From: Azolla caroliniana
Lineage: Eukaryota; Plantae; Polypodiophyta
Direction of reading: 5' to 3'
Assembly: GCA_043228905.1 (NCBI GenBank)
Contig: JBHGNT010000001.1
Coordinates: 4,836,001 to 4,900,000, forward strand
DNA: 64,000 nucleotides
Of this stretch, positions 1-10,252 are shown piece after piece. The stretch's first letter is position 1. Each line of letters starts with the position of its first letter. A program made the position numbers and the translations under genes. A model generated the notes under the pieces. It made no database searches, was not told the origin of the DNA, and was given only the letters and a program-made list of their open reading frames with translations.

Positions 1-1567
1 CGTCCGAGAAAGCGTGGGTCTTCTTCTTGAAACCAACCGCAGTCTCATGACTGACTAGGCGACCGTCAAAGAAGTATGCAACAGGATTAACAAACGCCGA
101 GATTGGAAAGAGAAGGGGTCCTCGCCTACTGGACCAGCTGTCAAAACTAGAGCCGAGCCGACACCGACCTGAATGGAAGAAACGAGGAGGTGGCTTGAGC
201 TAGGCCCACCCCCGGCAAACGAAGTCGTGAGATCTGCAGGCGGCGCATGACTTCTGTGCGCACTCGCAATGGCGAAAACGTGGCACCTCCACCAAATGCA
301 CGTTAAGAACACCTTTCTTCAAGGCGAATTAGAAGAGGAAGTGTACATGGTACAACCAATTGACTTCGAATTGCGTACTCATCCGAAAGTCGTGTGCTGA
401 CTCAAGAAGCCACTCTATGTCCTCAGGCAAGCACCACGTGCTTGGCATTCGAAGATTACGCAATATCTTCATCAAAATGGATTTCGAATGTCGAAATCCG
501 ACAACTCCCTCTACGTATGAAACGACTCTAGAAACTCGATTGTCATCATCTTATACGTGGATGATCTAGTTATTGAAGGTGAGCATTTAGTTGACATCAA
601 CAAGGTGAGGTCCCTCCTCTCCAACAAATTCAAGATGACAGACATGAAGGAGCTTCATTGCTTCCTAGGCATCATGATATCTCAACGGCATTACATCCTC
701 AACTTGTTATACATGTTCAGGATGACTGAGTGTAAATCTGTGGCAACCCCTCTCGATCGAAACCTGAAACTAGACGCTGACTCCAGCACAGATGAGTGCG
801 AGCCGACTCAATATCGTGGACTGATCGGGAGCCTCATCTATCTCACAATCACTTGACCCGATCTCAACTATCCGGTTGGCTTCCTTAGCCAATTCATGCA
901 AACTCCACGAGATATCCATTTCAATTGCGCTAAGCGAGTATTATGATACGTGAGCGATACAATGGATTACGACATTCTCTACGCATCGGCCACACCAATT
1001 ATACTCGAAGGGTACATGGATGCCGACTAGGCCGGCTACAGAGCTGATCGACGATTCACCTCCGGATTTGTCTTCTCGCTCGGTAGCGGAGGAATATCTT
1101 GGAGTAGTAAGAAGCAACCTACCGTCACACTTCCAAGTACGGAGGCCGAATACAGGGGCGCACCCCTAGTTGTATGTGAAGCCTTATGGCTCAAGATGAT
1201 TTTGAAAGATCTGGGTGTTCCCATCAAGGATCTGATTCCCATTTACTACGACAACATGAGCAGTATATATCTGGCTTGGAACCCGGTGTTGCACGCATGC
1301 ACAAAGCATATCGAAGTGCACTACCACTTCATTCAAGAGCATGTTCGGGCTAGAGATGTCGATCTTCTACACATCAACACAAATCTTCAGACAACTGACA
1401 TCTTCACCAAGGCCCTAGGAGCTAACAAGCTTCGGTAATTCACGTCAGACCTTGGATTGACGATGCCTGACTTGCCAAGCTTGAGGGGGAGTACAAGCGA
1501 AAACCAGATACCAGCCGAAGCGGACATCAATCGAAAGGAACCGACCTGAGTTGAGCTTGAAGGGGTG
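1..1567 (+). mobile_element. Decayed Ty1/copia LTR retrotransposon, internal region (RT + RNase H)
   Basis: One frame from ~260 reads [26 protein letters not shown]...LKKPLYVLRQAPRAW...ILYVDDL...GSLIYLTIT*PDL...[16 protein letters not shown]...[19 protein letters not shown]...DIFTKAL. These are copia RT/RNase H motifs, interrupted by in-frame stops. The N-terminal part of RT appears deleted near 240-260. Confidence 0.95.
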
Positions 1568-2029
1568 TGTTGAGAATCAAGCTCAACATAGTGCAATGTG
1601 TGAACACACCTTTTGAGAATCTATGATTACTCAAAGGTCAAGAGGCACACCACTACTCTCTACACATTAACTATGTGTCATAGAATCATATTCTATGACA
1701 CATAACTAATGAGTTACATATTCCCCATGACTATGAGTCTTCACATTCCCCAAGAGAGAGTGGTTGTTGTAGTTAGTTAACTATATATAAAGCAACCTCC
1801 TCATACTTCATATCAAGTTGGTTGTGACTTCTTGTAATGCTACATTTTGTATTTCATATTCTACTTGTGAATATACATCTTCTTCTTCTTCAGTATTCTA
1901 TTTCCATTCTATCTAATCTACCTTGTGTTTTCTCTTCTCTCATATCTTTTCTCTCATACATAAACACATAACACACATCTCTTACTGCTAAACAAGAATT
2001 GAATACCCAATTCTTTACTCTCTAACCCA
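1568..2029 (+). mobile_element. 3' LTR of the copia element (right end approximate)
   Basis: Starts TGTTGAG directly after a polypurine tract (GAGCTTGAAGGGG). Has a TATA box CTATATATAA at 1781-1790 and a CT-rich R/U5-like stretch. Ends near ...CTCTAACCCA, where gypsy coding sequence begins. Confidence 0.7.
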
Positions 2030-4600
2030 CGTATGCTCCAACTGTCTCTTTCCCGGTATAACATGCCATTTGTACCAGGGAAGCCACTCCGATCCGCATG
2101 GCTACCCACGGACACTCCCCCCTCGACCACGATCGCGTCGATGCTATCGTCACCGACATGCTCACTAAAGGTATTATCATTCCTTCCTCACCTAATCAAG
2201 AAAGATGATGGCACATTCCTCTTTTGCATCAACTTCAGGCCTCTCAACAAAGTGACTATCCATGACCTCTACCCGCTCCCTCACGTGGACGACCTCTTGG
2301 ATCAAATCGGTGGCTCCCTTTATTTCACCTCCCTGGACTTAGCCTTGGGATATGGCAGATCTCCCTAAAGCCTTCTGACACCCAGAAGACTACATTTCGC
2401 ACACCCCGCGGGCTATTCCAATTCACCCGCATGCCATTCGTCATGTCGGATGCCGACCACACATTCCAACGCATGGCAAACTCCATCTTTGCCGCCCTTA
2501 TCATCAAAGGTGTCCTCCTCGTTTATCTGGATGACATCCTTATCCACACGGCCAAGTGGGAGGACTATCTACAATCTCTCACCGAAGTCCTCGCTTGCAT
2601 AACTAAGCATAACTTGCAACTCCGTTTTTTCTGCTTCAGCATCTCTTGCGACGGAATCCGTATGGACCCTGCAAAGGTGGCAGCCATCACCGACTACCCC
2701 CGCCCCACCTCAATAAAATCATTGCAAAGTTTTCTGGGCATGAGATTCACCTTTTCCATTCGCTTCATCTTGAACCTCGCCTTGGTCACTTTTCCGCTTC
2801 ACCAACTCTTGAAGAAAGGTTTGTCATTCATTTGGGATCATGCTTGCGAAGATTGCTTTCGTCACCTCAAAACCATGGTCCAAGAATCGGGGTTGCTTGC
2901 CCATCCTAACTTTGACCAACCGTTCACGTTGTAGACAGAGGCATCAAACCATGGGTTAGGAGCCGTCCTCTTGCAAGCCGATTGCCACAGGCAAGAAAAG
3001 GCGGTCGTCTTCATTAGCCGCACTCTCACGTTGTGTGAATGCAACTACTGAACCACCGAGAAGGAGCTACTTGAGATCGTCTGGTCTTTCCAGCGTCTTC
3101 ACCCATATCTTCATGGTGGACAAATTACGTTTGAGACTGACCACCAGCCCTTGCTTCCTCTTATCCCTCGACCTCCCCCCAGGCCGCTTGTTGCGATGGA
3201 TGCTGGCACTCCAAGATTATCAGTTTACCTTGTCCTATCGGAAACGTGAAACCAATTTGGTCGCTGATAGTCTCTCTTGCGCCGACTTCTAGGCTATCCA
3301 ATTTCTCCCTAAGACAACTAATCTTCTGCTACCATTGCCACAACTCGCTACACTTCAACAACATGACCCTGCCATCCAAGAGAAAACCCATCAGTTGCGC
3401 TCTCTCCCACCGTTTCCCTCACAACGGCAGTTCATGCTCTGCGATAACTTGGTGTTCTTCATTCAAGCGCATCACGAGCCTCGTCTCTACATCCCTTAAT
3501 ACGCCCTACAATATAGGTATCTCCAATTTTATCACGACCACCCATTGTCGGGCCATCTGGATTTCCACAAGGTTCTTGAAAAATTACGCCTCAAGTATTA
3601 CTGGCCCAACATACAACACTCTGTCTCTACCTACATCAAACAATGTGCTTTGTGTCAACATATCAAACCTGCGGGCAAGCCAGCTGGAACACTCCAACCC
3701 ATCACCGTCATGTCACCTTTTGAGCTGGTCGGATGGGATTTCATGGGACCTTTTCCCGAAACCTCGAGGGGCAACAGGTATATCCTGGTCATAACAGAAT
3801 ACCTCACCAAGTGGGCTGAAATTGTTGTCATCCCTGACATCATTGCGCCAACAATTGCCTCCCAACTCTTGTAGAAGGTAATTTTTTAGCATGGTTGCCC
3901 TATCCAAATCTTATCATATCAAGGCTGTCAGTTCCATGGGGATGTCCTCAATGCTATCGCAACTCAACTAGGTGTCCAACAAGTGTTTACATCCCCCTAC
4001 CATCCGCAAACAAATGACCTCACCAAACGCCTCAACAATACCCTCAAGCAGGAGATTGCCGCTTACATCGATCCATGCCACAAAACCTGGGATCAAATCT
4101 TGCCTTTTCTCACCCACACCTACAATACATCTGTACAAGCCTCAACATGGATCAGCCCTTCTCGAGCACTCTATGGGCGCGACCCTTAGCTCCCAACAAA
4201 ATCATCCATTGACATCCATTCCAAACCTGCTAACATGGATAGTGTCACTTGGGGGCTCTATCTCCAGCAAATGCTCCCCCTCCTTTGACAAGCCAGATCC
4301 CGAAATCTACAAGTCGCACAACAACGTCAGAAGCGGTACTACGACGTGGGTCGAATTACCCCAACTTATGCTTGATGGAACCAAAGTCTTTGTTTACTTC
4401 CCAGTCCGACGGCACGGTCTTAGCAAATCCCTCATGCACCGATGGATCGGCCCGTTCACCGTAGTTCGCGCCATCAAATCCACTACTTACTTGCTCCGAC
4501 GTGATTCCAACGGTCGATTCACCTCCGCCCATGTTGCCTGTATCAAGCCCTATACTACCCCAAGCCTATCTTCTAGCACCCTTCATTTCCCCATGTCGTA
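2030..4600 (+). mobile_element. Decayed Ty3/gypsy retrotransposon pol (RT - RNase H - integrase)
   Basis: RT: KKDDGT..FCINFRPLNKVT..DLYPLP.VDDLLD and YLDDIL. RNase H: T.ASNHGLGAVL and RLLRW.L.LQDY. Integrase: zinc finger H...GHL...C..C, core PFELVGWDFMGPFP...TKW and SPYHPQTN, and a GPF motif (WIGPFTVV). RT-RH-INT order is gypsy. Many frameshifts and stops. Confidence 0.95.
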
Positions 4601-6985
4601 AAACTCCTTGTTTTTACGTGCATTTTACAATACCAAGGCATATCTCTTTTCAAAAAGAAAAAAGAAAAAAAATAAGAACTTTCTTCTTTTCATGTAGAAA
4701 ATACACATGCATCTACTTACCATGGATAACCTTAGAAATGGCTCCACATGTCTTAATGTTCCCATCCATGATAGAATATGTTCATTAACTACTTGTAGAA
4801 GAAGACATGTAACATTATTTATAAAAATAATAAATGGCACATCACTTACAAGGACCGGCTTGCAAGGACAAACATTAGATGTGCAACTAAATGTAGTTGA
4901 GGTTAGAGACCACTATGGAAGTTCTAGATACCACCCAATATCGGATCTTAGGAGGAGACAGACCTTTCTTGAATGTCAAGTATCCCATTTTTTCAAGATT
5001 TTTGCTCATTGTGAGGAAAAGATGGAGATTTGGCTTATGGATAAAATACATATAGGTCATGTTGAGGTCATGAATAACTCAATTATTTTCCATACGTCCC
5101 TCTTTTAATGAATTAAGCCTTTCCAATAAATTTATGCCCTTTTCTTGTATTGCCTTTGTGTAGTCTCTCCCTAATGTAGACTATATCTTCATGAGAAAGA
5201 CATTTTCGTAACAATCAATTAAACAATCCCTCCTCAGTTAGGGAAATATATCATCATTGTCATCATCATGTTTATCAAGCAAAGAATCCTTAGATTTTCC
5301 AAGCTAATGTTAACGAAGTAATGCAATCTTAAAACATCATTATTCAATTCATTTGGTGGATAATCCATTGCACGTCCTAAGCCGACCCATCAGTATAACT
5401 TCAATCTAGTTTGCCTAAAAAATTGAGAAGCATGACATTCTTTAGAATTTTAATTCGTCGTTGCATGCATTCAAACCCTAGGTTGTCCTCTGGACCAATA
5501 ATGTGTACCATTTTGTAACACTTTAAATGTGGGTGCATTTTTTTCATAATAGATCATACTTTTAAATTGCCTTAATTTTTTTTCATAACTTGACTGACAA
5601 TTCATGCACTTGCACACAGAACTAGAACAGGAATCATGAAGTCTTTACTTTCAATTCTTTAACAAAAAAAATTGCTACCAAACTCTAATTCAAATCCTTC
5701 TTAATGTCTTTAAGGTCAAGAAAATTCAAATAATACAATAATGATCGAGATATTATACATGCATGATCTAACACACTATTTTAATCTCATAAATAGAAGC
5801 ACGAGAGTATGTGCGACAATACAAAGTATCCAACAATCGTGGTGGTCTGGTAAAGTCTTCATCAATCTCCTTATACTAAAGAAAACATTTTTGCTCCATT
5901 ATCACAATAGGCTTTTATATAGCATGGTTCATCACACTCTTGTTGTTTTATGAAGTTGCAAAATTCAAAACTTTCTTCTCGAAAGGATACGTTTCATGTT
6001 AATTTCATGCGCAAACCTGATGCAAATTTTTAATTAATTTACTTGAGTCCTATTATTAAGTTGACATGGCATGAATCCATCACACTAAAACTTGAATATC
6101 CTGTCACACACATGGTACACTAACATCTATTCTTATAACTCGGTACTTTGCAGGAATCTATTCTAAAATTGTAGTACCTTAAGTGATGAAATCTAGAAAG
6201 AAAGAATATGGTGTTCTGTTCCACAAGTACGTTGTTTAATCTTAATGTTAAGGGCGTTCCAACTTAATTGATGTGACAACTACCTTCACACCATTTCATT
6301 GTGAATTGTTCAAATAGATCTCTACCTACCCTAAAGTTAGCAAGACGGATAAAGATGGAAGATATTTGTCAAATGTATTCAAGTGGGTTCAATGCTGTGA
6401 TTAACTCACTTTGGTGAACTCCCTACTAATTTTGCTAGCTAACTCTCGTAATTAAAAGAAAGCTAAATAACTTAGACAAGGCTTAACTCGAGCACATTAT
6501 TTAAGTAATCGTTAACTAGTAATGAAATGCAAGGATTCAAATTTGAACACCACACATATGTATTAACAATCAACCGTCCAATGCACCCGTTTCTCACTTC
6601 AATAATCTTCAATGGCCATCCATTGTGTTCTTGAATTTCACTCTACAAGAATATTATAATTAATATATTTTTTTATCAATGTCCATCTTCTTGAATGGTA
6701 TAAAATATAAAATACTAGCTTAGGAGATATAATACGATATTTTGTGAGCTTTGAAAAGGCTATGACGTCTACATGTGTCATTGAGTTCAAAACTAAAGAT
6801 GGGTAGTTTTGTTTGCTATAACTAGAATCTACTTCATCCTTTTTCTATATTTCCAATGGGAAATGTGTTTCAGTACTTTCACTCGATCCACACATTCTAT
6901 TTAGGTAAGATCCAAATTGTACATCTCTAGATTAAAGCCAAGAGTAACATCTATGTTTTAATGTATTTGGTAACTATCTCATAGT

Positions 6986-7217
6986 GAGATGCATGCTGAG
7001 ATTGAAAGAAAAGGGCTACTAGATGAAACATTATACTTGGATATGCCGAACATGAATAAGATTGGCTAGAAAGATTATTTATCTTTACCTAGAAAGATTG
7101 GCTACGGTCATTTGGCATGGCTATAAAACATTCATTATAATATTGGATTATCTTGTATATTGCCTCTAGCCACTTTAATTTTAATACGAATGGAGGATAG
7201 TTTCTTATGAAAAAAAA
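6986..7217 (+). mobile_element. 5'-truncated non-LTR (LINE-like) insertion with poly(A) and 14-bp TSD
   Basis: AACTATCTCATAGT at 6972-6985 and again at 7218-7231 flanks a ~230-bp segment ending in an A-run. Confidence 0.8.
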
Positions 7218-8484
7218 AACTATCTCATAGTTTCCATTGTTTGTAACCTTTTGTGATGCACCTCAATTCTTGTAAATCCTAAGTTGGATATAACAACAAA
7301 TATTTTTCATCTCAGGTTTGGATGCTTTTGGAGTATGCTTCTCTTCATTCAGATGCTCTCCATTGATATTTTATGTTGATAAGTTTTGTAACCAAATATC
7401 CATCTTGGAGTTTCATAAATCTCAATTCTACCATCTACATTTCAATAAAGGGTGATTACGAAATTGTGCGATAACACTAAATTTAAAAAACTTGGGGGAC
7501 CATAGACCCTCAGAGAAATGGATATCTATGTATACATAGGGAAATCCATGGATGTTCTATGGGGCTTAAGGGCAAACATACTCATTACAAGTGTCCATTT
7601 TTCTTTTACAATACATGTAATGCTTTGGCTCTAAGTCGTAAGATTCTTGGATTCAAACATATGTTATTAATGTTTTTGTGGTTTCCTATATTGATAACCA
7701 TATGCACCTTGATTGAAAGTTCAACCTACGAGTAGATAATGTGAAGTTTTACACATAACCAATATTCCAATGTTTTGATGATGTGCTAGACTAGCAATGA
7801 TGGCCACATAGTTCCTGGTTTATTTGTCTTGTCCAAGGAATGCAAACATATTGATAGAGCATTCCCTAAGTGAATATTTCTATTTTACAAGAGTACAAAG
7901 AATAATTAAATTATAAATTTATGTGATCTATAATGTCTATGGTAGCCAACTCATCCGGTTGTTTTGGATATCTTGTTGAAACTTGGGGAATTCTCCAAAT
8001 AAGTCAATCTTTTAATAATGTTAATCCTTTAAGTTGGTATGAGTATCATGAATAGGAGTGAAACCTAAGAGCAAATGGTTGGTAAGCAAAGTACTCTACC
8101 ATTGACATTCTCTTGAATATGCAAGATATCAAGTACTACAAAACTTCTCGCTTTGATTACAATGGTTTGACAAGGATGGTATGGTTTACAACATGCTTGG
8201 TTACTTTCAAACAACGATAAGTCACATTCTTCATCATTGTGTATCCATTTGAACACAACTTGGTTGTTGTTTTATATAATATGCCATTTAGTTGGTTCAC
8301 ATTCGTCTTATTGTCATTTTATTAGTGTCACACTCGTTGTCTTCATCCTAATTACCAATTTCTCTATTTTACAAGCTAGTGATACTGCTATTTTATACTT
8401 GCAAATTCTACTATATTCTACCATTTCCTTTCGTGCATGCCATATGTTGCAATATTTTCTAACAACTTTATATCATATACAATA

Positions 8485-8612
8485 TGTGGAGAATTGTTGA
8501 TGTGGAACGAGATTGAGGACCTGTTAGTGAGTCTAGCAAACAACACAAGTAGTGATCAAGATAGAGATATGCACTATGACAAAATTCAAGAAGATGAAAG
8601 CAGACAGTTGCA

Positions 8613-8703
<91 letters not shown>

Positions 8704-8832
8704 GTGCTCAAAGAAGACTATCTTACATTAACCCTCAATTTGTCTTTACAAGGTCAGTTACCCACTTATATAGTTAGGTTAACTGTGTGTTTAGAGATAC
8801 AAAGTGGGCAGAGTGGGACTTTTATCCCAACA
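8485..8832 (-). mobile_element. Solo LTR with 5-bp TSD
   Basis: TG...CA termini (TGTGG...CCAACA) flanked by CAATA at 8480-8484 and 8833-8837. Minus-strand TATA box CTATATAAG near 8765-8773. Contains a (GA)n tract. Confidence 0.75.
8617..8702. repeat. (GA)n microsatellite inside the solo LTR
   Basis: Perfect GA dinucleotide run of about 43 units. Confidence 0.98.
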
Positions 8833-9140
8833 CAATAACATATGAATATCTTGACTTACAGTTATGACATAAACACAACGATTTCCTGTAAGTATTTTAC
8901 CATTCACTTATAAGAAATAAATTTTAGAGTTTTTGTTTGAGCAAGGAACCTCTTTGGATAGTTTGACATATATGTCATAAGACCGAAGTAGACTTCTAGC
9001 TTGTTTTTTTGAGTTACCATGCATCAAGTAAATTGATAAAAGCTCTTGCAAAAGGATTTATAAGTACATATATTTCCTAAGTAATAAATAGGCTTCTAAA
9101 TTGTTTATTTGACTTGCCATTCATCAAGATAAATTGATAA

Positions 9141-9515
9141 CGTCAATGAGGCAATAACTGGTGAGCCTGAGGTTGTGTTTCATAAGCAACAGAATTTTTG
9201 AGAAATTTGGAAAAAGGCAGAGGTCTTCACCTCTTTTGGGGATAGAATAAAGTGGAGATATGATCCACCAAAATGGCTTGGAAAGACCATGCATGAGGGC
9301 TTTTGCTACTCAACATGTTGGCCGATGTGTGTCACATCTAGATACGGAGTCATTCAATTAATCAACTCATCCCTTTGATTAGCGTCTACTCCCTTGTGCA
9401 TATTTTCTATCCGTGACAATGTGGGTATGAGGGTTATATTTTACTGTATCCGTTCTTTGTAGCCTTTGGGTTCCATTAATACCAATGCGACTCTTTATTC
9501 AAAAGAGAAAAAGAA
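9141..9515 (+). mobile_element. 5'-truncated LINE insertion with A-rich tail and 15-bp TSD
   Basis: AAGATAAATTGATAA at 9126-9140 and 9516-9530. The internal frame EIWKKAEVFTSFGDRIKWRYDPPKWL resembles a LINE ORF2 C-terminus. Ends TTATTC plus an A-rich tail. Confidence 0.8.
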
Positions 9516-10252
9516 AAGATAAATTGATAAAAGCTCTGGAAAAATTTTCTTAAGGTACAATTAGAATTGTATCAGTTGATAATATTATAGCTTAGTAGGG
9601 GATTGTTGGCAATTCATTAGTTGGGTTAGCAAACTTAACCCATTGACAAGACCATACACTCGTACTTGAGAACCATTCAATGATAATCTTAGGTAACATA
9701 CCACCCTACCTAGGTATCTTAATGCAATTTATGAATATTTCTCTACATTTGTCATTTTTGGGTTTAGATTCTACAAATGTAAGGCATAAGGTTTAGGATT
9801 TATGTTTGAGATTATTCTATATAACACCTTTCTATGACTCGTTAGCTCTACATTAAGCTCATAATTTTACTCGTTCATATTGACAGCCTATTGTTAATAT
9901 GGTCTTGTGTGGTGATGATGCATGATTTTTAACTACCTTTTGTATGTATTTAGTCTCCTTTCTTATGACATTAAAGTATCAGACATGGGGAAAGAGTTTT
10001 GCTCACATGTTAGATGCGAGGAAAGATTCTTGCCCAAAGCAACTTTTCCTTTAAATGATGAAATTGTAAAGAATCGTTTTATTGACATTACACACAAAAA
10101 AAAGAGTTTGCCAATACAATTCCCTGTCAACCTCCCCAACCTACTGCCAAAGTTATCTCAAACGAGCACTAAAACATCAAGTATCCCACCAATGGTCTAA
10201 TCCATCCAATATGAGATTGGTTAGGACCTATGCTCTCATCTTTTCACTTACT

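Noticed and set aside
5100-8480. Possible decayed DNA-transposon coding sequence on the minus strand
   Set aside because: It looks like eroded coding DNA, but no diagnostic transposase motif could be read with confidence.
8437-8838. 133-aa ORF with an ERERER run
   Set aside because: Produced by the GA microsatellite inside a solo LTR.
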